Below are positions 1 to 9,613 of a stretch of DNA of 64,000 bases, piece by piece. The DNA comes from Desulfobacterales bacterium. GTDB taxonomy: Bacteria > Desulfobacterota > UBA8473. The translations under genes and the position numbers were made by a program. The stretch spans positions 7,444-71,443 of the forward strand of contig JACQWO010000009.1 in the NCBI GenBank assembly GCA_016209225.1, written 5' to 3'. The notes beneath the pieces are model-generated. The model was not told where the DNA came from. It did not search any database and was given only the letters and a program-made list of their open reading frames with translations. Position 1 is the stretch's first letter. The number at the start of each line of letters is the position of its first letter.

Positions 1-153
1 CATCAAAACTTTGGGATATTTTTTAAATTGAAGGGCAAACTGGACTCTGCTTTATTCCATTTCAATAAGGCATTAGGATACTATGGTAAAGATACAGAAG
101 AAAGCAGGGAGATTTTGAAAGAGGTTGAGGAGATACGAAAGAAAGATAAATGA
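1..153 (+). CDS. C-terminal end of a TPR-like protein (partial, runs off window start)
   Basis: Frame 1 reads HQNFGIFFKLKGKLDSALFHFNKALGYYGKDTEESREILKEVEEIRKKDK*, a TPR-like helix pair; stop TGA at 151-153. Confidence 0.55.
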   Translation, partial: HQNFGIFFKLKGKLDSALFHFNKALGYYGKDTEESREILKEVEEIRKKDK

Positions 154-192
154 ATCTTTTTAATCTTACAACAAACTACAAGGAGGTCAAAT

Positions 193-432
193 ATGTATGC
201 ATTAATTTTAATCATCTCTATTATTGCCTTGGTTCTTGCTGTAGTTTCTTTTAGGCGAACGGGGGGCTTGCAGGACATTAAAAGTCAGATCAATAATTTG
301 GAATCAATCATGGGGCCTCTCCGGGAAAAGACCGCCAATGTTCTAGGGAAGATGGAAAAGGCATTACGCAATACTGAAAAAGAAGAGGGACCTGAGAAAA
401 AAGAAGAAGATGCTGGCGAGAGCCAGGGATAA
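193..432 (+). CDS. Small membrane-anchored coiled-coil protein, unknown function
   Basis: 79 aa; N-terminal hydrophobic helix then heptad-like segment; GGAGG RBS upstream. Confidence 0.6.
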   Translation: MYALILIISIIALVLAVVSFRRTGGLQDIKSQINNLESIMGPLREKTANVLGKMEKALRNTEKEEGPEKKEEDAGESQG

Positions 433-535
433 TCCTTGTCAGAATCTTATAATGAGCCTCTAATAGCATAAAGATGAGGAAGTAGCTTTAGACAAATTCC
501 AGCTGAAATGGAGGTAAATTCTACAGGGAAAACCA

Positions 536-814
536 TTGCGGAAGGGAGTGGTCTTCGTGTATAAGAAACCAACAGTACGGGTTATGATCGGTTTATCTCT
601 TATTCTGCTCAGCTACGTTATATGCTGGCCTGCTATCGGCGTCCTCGGCGCAATATCCCTCCATATGAAGGAACCCCTGATTCTGACTGTCGGCGGCCCT
701 CTAATGTATGGGGTGTCTCATCTGGTGTTTTTAATAGGCGTATATTTTGCCGGTAGAGATTATGCCCTGGCATGTCTGAAACGGGTAAAGAAATTCTTGA
801 AGGAAAGAAAATGA
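536..814 (+). CDS. Small two-helix membrane protein at head of lipid cluster
   Basis: Two hydrophobic stretches; stop overlaps ATG of ACP (ATGA at 811-814). Start codon uncertain. Confidence 0.55.
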   Translation: MRKGVVFVYKKPTVRVMIGLSLILLSYVICWPAIGVLGAISLHMKEPLILTVGGPLMYGVSHLVFLIGVYFAGRDYALACLKRVKKFLKERK

Positions 815-1077
815 ATGAATTAGTCCGAGAACTGAAGGTTAAAATCGTTGAGACACTGAACCTCATTGACGTTCTCCCGAAGGATATAGATGAAGAGGCC
901 CAACTCATCGGAGGCGATATCGGGCTGGATTCCATTGATGTCCTGGAACTGGTCATGATGCTTGAAAAAGATTATGGTGTGAAGATTGACAGCAAGGAAA
1001 TCGGCGTCAAAGTATTTGCCTCCGTCAGGGCTTTGGCGGAGTATGTCCATCATCATCGTTCGGAGAGAAATGATTGA
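811..1077 (+). CDS. Acyl carrier protein (ACP-1)
   Basis: GLDSIDVLEL phosphopantetheine-Ser motif; acidic; likely start ATG 811 rather than 772. Confidence 0.9.
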   Translation: MNELVRELKVKIVETLNLIDVLPKDIDEEAQLIGGDIGLDSIDVLELVMMLEKDYGVKIDSKEIGVKVFASVRALAEYVHHHRSERND

Positions 1078-3257
1078 GCGGCACAGGTATTTTTATTACA
1101 GGGATGGGGATCATAAGCCCCGTCGGGCAAGGCATAGGCGATACGATAGAAGCCGTCAGGAAAGCCGTGGGGGGGATTAAACCGCTCCGTCTTTTCCCGA
1201 CGCTTCACGCCCAGCCCCTGCCTGTCGGCGAGATCGGTTCGTTCTCATCTGTAGAGACTGTCCCCCGAACCCATGCCCTTGCTCTTATTGCCGCCGAAGA
1301 GGCGATGAAACACGCCGACGGTGCGCCGGATGCCGTGATCATCGGCGTGACGACGGGGGGGATGTCCCTTACGGAGGAACTTTTAAAGTATGGCGAAGGC
1401 GATGCAAAACGGTATGAATACCACTCGACCGCCTCCGTCGCAGAGTATGTCGCACGTCGTATGGGCTGCCTGGGGCCGGTGCTGACGGTATCTACGGCAT
1501 GTTCCTCGGGAAGCGTGGCCCTGAAAATCGCCATGGCAATGCTTCGCTGCGGCAGGGCGAAGCGGATCTTGGCCGGCGGCGCCGATGCTCTATGCCGATT
1601 GACCTATTACGGTTTTCACTCCCTTCAGTTGGTTGATCCGGAGGGCGCCCGGCCTTTTGACAGAAACAGACGCGGAATGTCGGTAGGCGAAGGGGCGGCC
1701 ATGCTGCTGCTGACTGCCGCCGAAACCCCGCCGGGAAACGCCATTGCCGAACTTCTCGGGGCCGGTTTATCCTGTGACGCCTATCATCCAGCTTCACCAC
1801 ATTCCGAAGGCGCAGGGGCGCTGCGCGCCATGGAAGAGGCGCTTGCCGATGCCGGCATAACGCCTTCGGACATAGATTATATACATCTGCACGGCACAGG
1901 GACAATAGATAACGATATCGCCGAAGCAAAGGCTATATGCGCCCTGTTCAAGAGCTGTCCGATTCCTCCTCTGTCTTCCATAAAAGGATCCTTTGGGCAT
2001 TCTCTTGCGGCAGCCGGGGCGGTGGGCGCCGTCATGTCCGCTTTGAGCATTGTCCATGGCATCATCCCTGCCAATACGGGCTTTCACAATCCCGACCCCG
2101 ACTTAAACCTGATCCCCGTTGGTGCGCCGCTGGCGGCGGATGTGAACGTGGTCATTGCCAATTCTTTCGGTTTCGGCGGGAACAACGCAGTCCTCATCGT
2201 CGGCCATCCGAAACGACGAAGGGGCATAGAACCGCCGTCTTATGCCATCCAACCTATGTCGTTTTCCGTTATCGGAAGCGCATGCCTCACCGCTGCCGGC
2301 AGTTTAGAACAGACAATGGATCGTATGCGTCATGCCGAAGGGTTCCGAGGCATCGTTCCTCCTTCCGATATATTGCGGCCTCTCTCTGAGAAATCCGTCC
2401 GCCGCCTGAAGCGTTTTTCCCGTATGGTCTTGTCCCTGGCCGTTTCAGCCTGTAAAAATTCCGCAGCAGCCGGTCCGCCGGCATCGGTCTTTATGGGAAC
2501 CGGCTGGGGAGGGCTTTCTGAGACTCATGATTTTCTGACAAAACTCTTCGTCTCGAACGAACAGTTTACCAGCCCGACGGATTTTATCGGATCCGTGCAC
2601 AACGCCGCCGCAGGTCATGTCGCCATCCATTTCCAATCCACCGGGCCTAACGTGACGGCCACGGGCGGCGATTGCGCCTTTGAGCAGGCATTGTTTGCGG
2701 CAAGCCTCCTGGCTCATGATGGCGATAATCCGCTTCTTGTGATCGGCGCAGATGAATATCACGAAACATTATCCCCTCTCTTCGATGCCTCCGTGGCGAC
2801 CGCAGGGACGCCTTCAGACGGAGGGGGGGCTCTTTACCTTAAACCGGCGACGGCGACATCCCCATGCCGGATATACCCCTCTTTCATGGCTTATTCCGGC
2901 GGCAGCGGTCGGATCATCCCGGCGCTGATCCGCGCACTCGGGGGAGACAAAAGGATCAAGGAGCAATTTGGGGCCATTCTGGCGGGGATTCCCGCTGCAC
3001 AGAGGGAGAAGGGGAAGGGACAACTGGATGACTTCCTGTCCATGACGGGATACCCCCATCCCGTTATTGATTATCGGCAGTGCGTCGGTGAATTTGCCTC
3101 GGCGTCAGCCGTCGCGGCGGTACTGGGGGTCTTGTTTGTACAAGCCGGTGAAATCCCCGGAAATGTCTGCCATCAAAAGGCTACGCCATTGCTGGGACGA
3201 GGCGTTCTTGTTCTGGGATTCGGCAATTACATCACGGCAGTGGAGATTTTGCCATGA
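1074..3257 (+). CDS. Beta-ketoacyl-ACP synthase fused to C-terminal chain-length-factor-like domain
   Basis: N-terminal KS with TACSSG, HLHGTG, KGSFGHSL (Cys-His-His); C-terminal KS-like half with SPTDFIGSVHNAAAG resembling aryl-polyene CLF and lacking the catalytic Cys motif. Confidence 0.85.
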   Translation: MSGTGIFITGMGIISPVGQGIGDTIEAVRKAVGGIKPLRLFPTLHAQPLPVGEIGSFSSVETVPRTHALALIAAEEAMKHADGAPDAVIIGVTTGGMSLTEELLKYGEGDAKRYEYHSTASVAEYVARRMGCLGPVLTVSTACSSGSVALKIAMAMLRCGRAKRILAGGADALCRLTYYGFHSLQLVDPEGARPFDRNRRGMSVGEGAAMLLLTAAETPPGNAIAELLGAGLSCDAYHPASPHSEGAGALRAMEEALADAGITPSDIDYIHLHGTGTIDNDIAEAKAICALFKSCPIPPLSSIKGSFGHSLAAAGAVGAVMSALSIVHGIIPANTGFHNPDPDLNLIPVGAPLAADVNVVIANSFGFGGNNAVLIVGHPKRRRGIEPPSYAIQPMSFSVIGSACLTAAGSLEQTMDRMRHAEGFRGIVPPSDILRPLSEKSVRRLKRFSRMVLSLAVSACKNSAAAGPPASVFMGTGWGGLSETHDFLTKLFVSNEQFTSPTDFIGSVHNAAAGHVAIHFQSTGPNVTATGGDCAFEQALFAASLLAHDGDNPLLVIGADEYHETLSPLFDASVATAGTPSDGGGALYLKPATATSPCRIYPSFMAYSGGSGRIIPALIRALGGDKRIKEQFGAILAGIPAAQREKGKGQLDDFLSMTGYPHPVIDYRQCVGEFASASAVAAVLGVLFVQAGEIPGNVCHQKATPLLGRGVLVLGFGNYITAVEILP

Positions 3258-4735
3258 TGAGTGGAAGACAGACGCAGGGAGATGTCCTGATCATCGGTTC
3301 CGGCATCGGCGGTTTGACGGCCGGCATCATTCTGGCGAAACTCAATTGCCGGGTTACGGTCGTGGAAAGAAATCCCCTGCCCGGAGGATTGATGCGCGGC
3401 TATCTCCGGTCCGGCATTGAATGTCCCGTAGGGGTGCATTATATGGGCTCCCTCGGCAAGGGTCAGCCTCTCCGAAGGATGTGGGATTGTCTCGGCGTCA
3501 CTCCGTTGATCCCGGTCGAACGCATGGGTGCGGACGGCGTCATAGATCGCTATATTTTCGATGGTTTTACCTTCGATCTTCCCGAAGGCATTGACGCCTT
3601 CGAAGACAACCTTAGACGGTCCTTTCCCCTGGAGCACAGCCTGATTACAACGATCATGGACGATCTAAGGCGAACATCCCGCGCCCTGACCTCGCTCAAC
3701 ATCCTGATCTCGCCGGCTATGAGTTTGCTTTCGCCGGAGAGCTTTGAATCCATGGGAGAACAACTCTTGCGCATGGGTTGTTCAAGGCGTCTCCTCTCTG
3801 TCCTGGGAGTTCCTTCCACCCTTATCGGGCTTTCCTTGCGGGAATGCCCAGTTTTTTATTATCACATGACCATCGCCTCCTATCTCATGTCATCCTGGCG
3901 ATTAGCATGCAACAGTTCCCAGATGGCGGACGCGTTTGTGTCCCGTTTCATGTCACTGGGCGGTGATGTCGTTACCGGAGACGGCGTCGCAAGAATCCTT
4001 GTCCAATCAGGACGGGTGAAAGGCGTCGTTTTACAATCCGGCCGCATCCTTGAGGCCAGGAGCATCATTGCCGCGGTTCATCCCGGAACCGTCGTCGCAA
4101 TGTTGCCCGGAGACGCGGTCAGACCTGCTTATGTGGAGAGGGTTGCAGAACTTGAAAATACGAAAGGACTCTTTGTGGTGAATCTTGCCGTGGACGCCGA
4201 TGCGCATAAGGCGCTGTCCTACAACATCTACCGCCTTTACCCGGAAGAAGACGGAACCCTATCCCAAGGAGTATTTCATCAGTTGCGCAACAGCGGGCAG
4301 CCGGGGATCAATATCCTATCCATGATGACCACAAGCGGCATTGAGGAATGGCGGCAATGGGAAGGGACAACGTCCGGAAAACGCGGCAGTGACTATCTCG
4401 AGGCAAAGGAAAAGAAAGCCCGCCGGTTCATCGGCGAGGCTTCAAAGTTATTCGGAGACCTTAAGGGTATGAGGATACTGGACACCTATACTCCCTTGAC
4501 CATCAGGGACCGGGTAAACAGCCCGGACGGTTCTGCCTATGGGATTCTCCGCTCGACCGGACAATTTATGAAAACGGCTTCTTTGAATCGCACCTCTATC
4601 GAGGGGTTGTTCCTTGCCGGTCAGAACAGCATGGCCCCGGGGATTATGGGGACAACGATGGGATCTTTCCAGACGGTCAGAAACGTCATCGGTTACGAAA
4701 GATTCAGCCGGGAGGTTATGGGGGATTTCCTGTGA
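3254..4735 (+). CDS. Phytoene desaturase (CrtI)-like FAD-dependent oxidoreductase
   Basis: GSGIGG dinucleotide motif, VVERNPLPGG, TPLT...GSAYG and GLFLAGQ C-terminal motifs typical of the CrtI/retinol-saturase family. Confidence 0.85.
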   Translation: MMSGRQTQGDVLIIGSGIGGLTAGIILAKLNCRVTVVERNPLPGGLMRGYLRSGIECPVGVHYMGSLGKGQPLRRMWDCLGVTPLIPVERMGADGVIDRYIFDGFTFDLPEGIDAFEDNLRRSFPLEHSLITTIMDDLRRTSRALTSLNILISPAMSLLSPESFESMGEQLLRMGCSRRLLSVLGVPSTLIGLSLRECPVFYYHMTIASYLMSSWRLACNSSQMADAFVSRFMSLGGDVVTGDGVARILVQSGRVKGVVLQSGRILEARSIIAAVHPGTVVAMLPGDAVRPAYVERVAELENTKGLFVVNLAVDADAHKALSYNIYRLYPEEDGTLSQGVFHQLRNSGQPGINILSMMTTSGIEEWRQWEGTTSGKRGSDYLEAKEKKARRFIGEASKLFGDLKGMRILDTYTPLTIRDRVNSPDGSAYGILRSTGQFMKTASLNRTSIEGLFLAGQNSMAPGIMGTTMGSFQTVRNVIGYERFSREVMGDFL

Positions 4736-6084
4736 AAGTATTGCTCGTATCAACGAACACCATGATGGAGCCTTATCCGCCCTATCCGATCGGACTTGAT
4801 TATGTGATGAATGCCATATCACCGCCGCACCAGGTGAGAATAGCAGATATGAATGAACTGAAGGAAGGCGACGATACCCTGGCCGGGGTTCTTTCCGAAT
4901 ACCAGCCCGATATTATAGGTTTGTCCATCAGAAACATTGATAATATTGACGAAGCGAATGTGAAAACGTTCATCGGCGAAATCCGGGAATTGATAGGCAT
5001 CATCCGGGGACATTCGGGGGGATTTGTCGTTCTGGGAGGCAGCGGATTTACCATCCTGCCCGGCGAATTTATGAGCCGGCTCGATGCCGATTTCGGTGTC
5101 ATCGGCGAGGGGGAGCGGCTCCGGCTCCTCCTCCAGGCGATAGAGAGTAATGAAAGCGTTTCCGGCCTTCCCGGCATTGTGACCAGGGACAGTCCTGTTG
5201 TTTTCCCGGAACCATGGCCCCGGTCATTCCGCCGCAGTTTCCCCCCTGATCATTCCCATGCTTCTTTCTACCTGAAAAGAGGCGGCATGCTAAATCTACA
5301 GACAAAAAGGGGCTGTCCCTTCAAGTGCATCTATTGCACCTATCCCCATATAGAGGGAACGCGGTTCCGCTTTGCGCCACCAGGGGAAATCGCCGCTACG
5401 GCCAGAATGCTCCAGGATGCCGGAGCCGGGTATATCTATATAACGGATTCTACGTTTAACGGCAGCTACGAACATAGTCTGGATGTTGCGGCGGCATTTA
5501 AAAAAGCGGGCATTTCCGTTCCCTGGGGCGGCTTCTTCACCCCTCTGTCCCCGCCGCCGGACTATTACCGCATCCTTGCCGACGCGGGTTTGAGGCACGT
5601 CGAATTCGGCACGGAAGCCCTCTCAAATCCGATGCTCGCTTCATATCGGAAATCTTTTCGCCTTGAGGATGTTTTCACCTCACACAGGCTTGCCGTTGCC
5701 GCCGGTCTGCATGTCGCCCATTATCTCATGTTGGGGGGGCCGGGTGAAGATGAAGGCACGTTGAAAGAGACCCTGGCCAATGCCGATGAACTGGGAAAGG
5801 CCGTTTTCTTCGTTTTCAGCGGGATCAGAATTTTTCCTCACACCGCCCTGTATGATCTGGCACTTGAGGAAGGACAGCTCGAACGCGGCAGGAATCTTCT
5901 CGAACCGGCGTTTTATTGGTCGCCGGCCTTGCACCGGGAGACGGTTATGCACCTTGTGAAAGAACATGCCGGCAGTCGGGCAAACTGGGTTTTCGGTTCC
6001 GGCTCTCAACAGACGTTAAAAAATCTTGCGCGGCTGCATGCCCGGGGCCACATTGGACCTCTGTGGGAGCTCCTGATCCAATGA
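4732..6084 (+). CDS. Cobalamin-binding radical SAM protein, lipid-biosynthesis type (TIGR04072-like)
   Basis: N-terminal B12-binding domain (YPPYPIGL...GLSIRNIDN), TKRGCPFKCIYC; context next to KS/CrtI-like genes fits the family as I recall it (not HMM-verified). Confidence 0.8.
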   Translation: MKVLLVSTNTMMEPYPPYPIGLDYVMNAISPPHQVRIADMNELKEGDDTLAGVLSEYQPDIIGLSIRNIDNIDEANVKTFIGEIRELIGIIRGHSGGFVVLGGSGFTILPGEFMSRLDADFGVIGEGERLRLLLQAIESNESVSGLPGIVTRDSPVVFPEPWPRSFRRSFPPDHSHASFYLKRGGMLNLQTKRGCPFKCIYCTYPHIEGTRFRFAPPGEIAATARMLQDAGAGYIYITDSTFNGSYEHSLDVAAAFKKAGISVPWGGFFTPLSPPPDYYRILADAGLRHVEFGTEALSNPMLASYRKSFRLEDVFTSHRLAVAAGLHVAHYLMLGGPGEDEGTLKETLANADELGKAVFFVFSGIRIFPHTALYDLALEEGQLERGRNLLEPAFYWSPALHRETVMHLVKEHAGSRANWVFGSGSQQTLKNLARLHARGHIGPLWELLIQ

Positions 6085-6902
6085 AGCATGATGGGAAAAA
6101 GGAAGGATATGTTTCTCCGGCGGCGATGACCGGTTTTGTTGCCATCGCCCTGGCGTTTATCCTGTTCCCCTTTCATCCTGGGTTGGCAGTCATCCCCCTG
6201 TCTGTTTTTGTTTTTCTCTGTGTGATGGCCCCGTTTTTCCCGTCAAGGGGTTTCTTTTTGCCGGTCATCAGCCGGGGGCATACGGGAAGACCCGTGGTAT
6301 CCCTGACATTCGACGACGGCCCCGATCCGGTGACGACCCCGCCGCTTTTGCAATTGCTGGAACGGTACGCCGCAAGAGCCACCTTCTTCGTCACAGGGGA
6401 AAAGGCCGCCCAATATGGCAACCTTATTTCAGAGATACTTGCAGACGGCCACGACATCGGCAATCATTCGTACAGCCATGATCCCTTTTTAATGTTGCGC
6501 CGTTCTGAGAAGGTGTATCGGGAAATCGAGGCAACGCAGGTTTTGTTGAGACGTTTCGGCATCTCCCCTGTCGCTTTCAGGCCGCCCGTGGGCATCACCA
6601 GTCCTAAACTGGCCAATGCTCTGGAGCAACAGGGATTGCGCTGCGTCACTTTCTCCTGTCGGGCCTTTGACGGAGGGAACAGGTTTCTTCGAGATTTATC
6701 CGGGCGGATACTGAAAAAGGTCAAGCCGGATGACATTATCCTTCTTCACGATATCCGGCCGAAAGGGACGGTTGACGCAGAAGTCTTTCTGCGTGAGATG
6801 GAAGCGATCCTGTCCAGTTTGAAAAACAGAGGCTTGCAAGTTGTTCCCCTGGCCGAACTCCTGGGAAAACCGGTGATGATCAGGATCAATGGCGACGATT
6901 AA
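6081..6902 (+). CDS. Polysaccharide deacetylase (NodB/CE4) with N-terminal membrane segments
   Basis: TFDDGP, HDIGNHSYSH, FRPPVG, IILLHD motifs; likely start ATG 6081 overlapping previous stop. Confidence 0.85.
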   Translation: MKHDGKKEGYVSPAAMTGFVAIALAFILFPFHPGLAVIPLSVFVFLCVMAPFFPSRGFFLPVISRGHTGRPVVSLTFDDGPDPVTTPPLLQLLERYAARATFFVTGEKAAQYGNLISEILADGHDIGNHSYSHDPFLMLRRSEKVYREIEATQVLLRRFGISPVAFRPPVGITSPKLANALEQQGLRCVTFSCRAFDGGNRFLRDLSGRILKKVKPDDIILLHDIRPKGTVDAEVFLREMEAILSSLKNRGLQVVPLAELLGKPVMIRINGDD

Positions 6903-7272
6903 CGACGATATCTGTGATCCTGCCTGGTATCAAGAAAAAGTCAGCCACCACTATCGGCTAAAGTTGACAGATCGGGGCATAGAGGCGTCTTACCCTCTAT
7001 TTTGCGCCTCTTTGCCGGTTAACCTGGGCAGCCCCATATAATTATTCCAGCGCTCAGCTCTGCATAGGAATTGTGTTTCCCCATGGCAGACTATGCCGGT
7101 GGATGTGGATGGCAATGTTACCATATGCGATTGTCAGCCAAACCGGCCTATTGGAAACCTCCTGAACCGTCCTTTATGGGAAATATGGAATGGTAATGCC
7201 ATGGTAGAACATCGGCGGCGTATGCTTAGCAGCGATCCCCCTGAAAGTTGCAGGGGCTGTCCGCGCTTTTAA
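6889..7272 (+). pseudogene. Eroded radical SAM gene retaining only a SPASM/twitch-type C-terminus
   Basis: Frame from ATG 6889: MATINDD...SPI*(TAA 7039-7041)LFQRSALHRN-CVSPWQTMPVDVDGNVTICDCQPNRPIGNLLNRPLWEIWNG...CRGCPRF* (TAA 7270-7272). No CxxxCxxC core remains. Confidence 0.75.
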
Positions 7273-7280
7273 TAATCTCC

Positions 7281-7307
7281 TTGACATTCTCCATCCCCCG
7301 TTATAAT
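7281..7307 (+). promoter_or_regulatory. Possible sigma70-type promoter for the lipoprotein gene
   Basis: TTGACA (7281) and TATAAT (7302) are both consensus, but the 15-nt spacer is short. Confidence 0.4.
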
Positions 7308-7353
7308 CTTCCCCCAAAAGAAAATTCCTATTTTTGAAAGGAGGAGATAATCC

Positions 7354-7761
7354 ATGAGAAACAAAGTATTTAAGTCCTTCGTTTTGGCCTTCTTGTTATT
7401 TACTATCGTTAGTTGCGCCGGTACGCCAATAATAACCATGGTGAATGGTAAATCATGGCTATCCGGTAAATCGGCTCCGCCAGAGGCCAACGTGGATGGG
7501 ATTTGGTTGTCGAAAGAATTTGGTGGGATAACACTCAAACAGGCTCAGGACAGCCGGGATGTTTCAGGAAGTACCATGGATGGTTGGAATATTAATGGCG
7601 TTGTTTCTGGGAAGAGAGTCTTTCTCTTCTTTTCTGACGAGGTCAGAATCGTCTATTCAGTAGTTTTAACGGCAGTGTCTGAGAAGGAACTCACCGGAGT
7701 GTGGGCAAGAGAGCTCATTAATGAGCAGTCTAAGACCGAGCCGGTGATGTTACAAAGATAA
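7354..7761 (+). CDS. Lipoprotein of unknown function
   Basis: Basic N-terminus, hydrophobic stretch, lipobox IVS-C; AGGAG RBS. Confidence 0.7.
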   Translation: MRNKVFKSFVLAFLLFTIVSCAGTPIITMVNGKSWLSGKSAPPEANVDGIWLSKEFGGITLKQAQDSRDVSGSTMDGWNINGVVSGKRVFLFFSDEVRIVYSVVLTAVSEKELTGVWARELINEQSKTEPVMLQR

Positions 7762-7764
7762 AGA

Positions 7765-7886
7765 GTAACTACTTCGGTTCAAAGTTCCGGGGTTCACGGT
7801 TCAAGGTTAGACTGTGGATTCATGAACTATCTCAAGAAAAATTAAGAGCGCAAGCCAACCGTGAACCGTGTACCTTAGTCAGTTAC
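7765..7886. repeat. ~122-bp palindromic element with GTAACT...AGTTAC termini
   Basis: Left arm GTAACT...GGTTCACGGTT, right arm AACCGTGAACC...AGTTAC; same termini and length as 62715-62837. Confidence 0.65.
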
Positions 7887-8003
7887 GATAAATACAGCCC
7901 CGTTTGTTTTATAGCCCTGAAATGTGAAGCTGTCAAATTCCACACGGCATCTTTAGCCGTTTTCATACCTGCTGGCTTCATTATCATTTAGTGAATTCCG
8001 AGC

Positions 8004-9524
8004 ATGAAAAACAAGAGAATTTATCTTATAAATCCCAAAAATCCTGATAACTTCTGGGCAATGGAGGGCGTCCTGAATATTGTTGGTAAGGAAAAGGCCC
8101 TCATGTTCAACGCAGCCCTCCTTACGTTAATCTCGCTAACCCCGAAGAATTTGAATATTGACTATGTCTTCTGCGATGAGAATATCCGGGAGATTAACTG
8201 GAATCTCTCATCCGACTTGGTGGCAATCACCGGCTACACCCTGCAGGCCGAACGTATAAAAGTTATCAGCGCCCGGTTCAGGGAGAACAATGTCCCGGTA
8301 GCTATCGGAGGTATTTACGCTACCATAAACCCTGATGATATGAAAAATCATGCCGACTATCTTTTCATTGGCGAAGCTGAATACACCTGGCCGGAATTTT
8401 TGCAGTCATGGGTGCAAGGTAAAGCCAAGCCTCTGTATAAACAGGAAGTCCTCATCAATATGCATGACAGTCCACCGCCTGATTTATCCTATATCAGAGC
8501 AAAAGATTATCTCTATTTCCCGGTACAGACAAGCCGCGGTTGCCCCAATAACTGTGACTTCTGTGACGTCGTGCGTGTGGCTGGGAGACGTCATCGCACG
8601 AAAACGATTTTTCAAATTATGACGGAAGTAAGAAACACCCAAAAGCTCGGTGCAGAGACCGTCTTTTTCTCAGACGATAATTTCTGTGTGAATAAAAAAT
8701 TCACAATGGAACTGCTCGGCGAATTAATAAAATTCAACACCGCCCTCGCGCGACCCTTATCTTTTAGCACACAGGCCACGATTATGATTGGCGCCGATGA
8801 AGAGCTATTGAAGCTTCTCGCCGATGCCAGGTTCAGTGTCATATTCTTGGGTCTTGAAAGCATCCGCGGTGCATGCCTTGAAGAAGTGAACAAAGGGCAA
8901 ATGGTTTTTTATAACCCTTTTGAAATTATTCCCCGGATATCCAGCTATGGGATTGTACCGTTTATTGGGATGATTGTTGGGTTTGACAACGATGATAAAG
9001 GTGTATTTGGGGAGGTTGAAGAGTTCCTGAATGAAACGGGAAGCCCCATTGCATCAATCAGCGTGTTAAATGCTCCCCTAAATACACTCCTTTATGAGCG
9101 CATGAAACAAGAAGGTCGTATCAGGGAAGACTTTAAAGGCTTCTGGCATTTCACCACAAACATTATCCCCAAACAGATGACCATTGAGGAACTCTATGAC
9201 GGTCATCAAAATCTCTTTAAAAGATTGTATGAGCCGGAAAAATTTGAGTTCAGGCTCAAGAAATGGCTGCAAAATGTTAAATATTTAACCCCGCTCTATT
9301 CGACTGGGAAAAAGGATTTTTTCAGAATTTTCATAATTATGAAAATTCTGTGGCATTTCACCTTTTGTGTACCGCCAAACACACGTCGCTCTTTTTTTTC
9401 TATTATGAAAAGCGCCTGGCAAATAAATCCGAGGCTGATATCCAGGACAGTTTCCATAATGGTTCAATACTGGCATTATTATTATTTTTCCCACACTACA
9501 CCCTGGTATAATCGAGAAAGATAA
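8004..9524 (+). CDS. Cobalamin-binding radical SAM protein with DUF4070-like C-terminus
   Basis: B12-binding N-terminus (LINPK...DLVAITG), TSRGCPNNCDFC, FSDDNF; AT-richer than flanking cluster genes. Confidence 0.8.
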   Translation: MKNKRIYLINPKNPDNFWAMEGVLNIVGKEKALMFNAALLTLISLTPKNLNIDYVFCDENIREINWNLSSDLVAITGYTLQAERIKVISARFRENNVPVAIGGIYATINPDDMKNHADYLFIGEAEYTWPEFLQSWVQGKAKPLYKQEVLINMHDSPPPDLSYIRAKDYLYFPVQTSRGCPNNCDFCDVVRVAGRRHRTKTIFQIMTEVRNTQKLGAETVFFSDDNFCVNKKFTMELLGELIKFNTALARPLSFSTQATIMIGADEELLKLLADARFSVIFLGLESIRGACLEEVNKGQMVFYNPFEIIPRISSYGIVPFIGMIVGFDNDDKGVFGEVEEFLNETGSPIASISVLNAPLNTLLYERMKQEGRIREDFKGFWHFTTNIIPKQMTIEELYDGHQNLFKRLYEPEKFEFRLKKWLQNVKYLTPLYSTGKKDFFRIFIIMKILWHFTFCVPPNTRRSFFSIMKSAWQINPRLISRTVSIMVQYWHYYYFSHTTPWYNRER

Positions 9525-9613
9525 TAGAGACTGTTCCGAAAAAACTGAGGATTCCTTTAACTACTTGTAGTTAGATGTAATTTGTGATCATTCTAATAAA
9601 ACTGCAATAAGCA

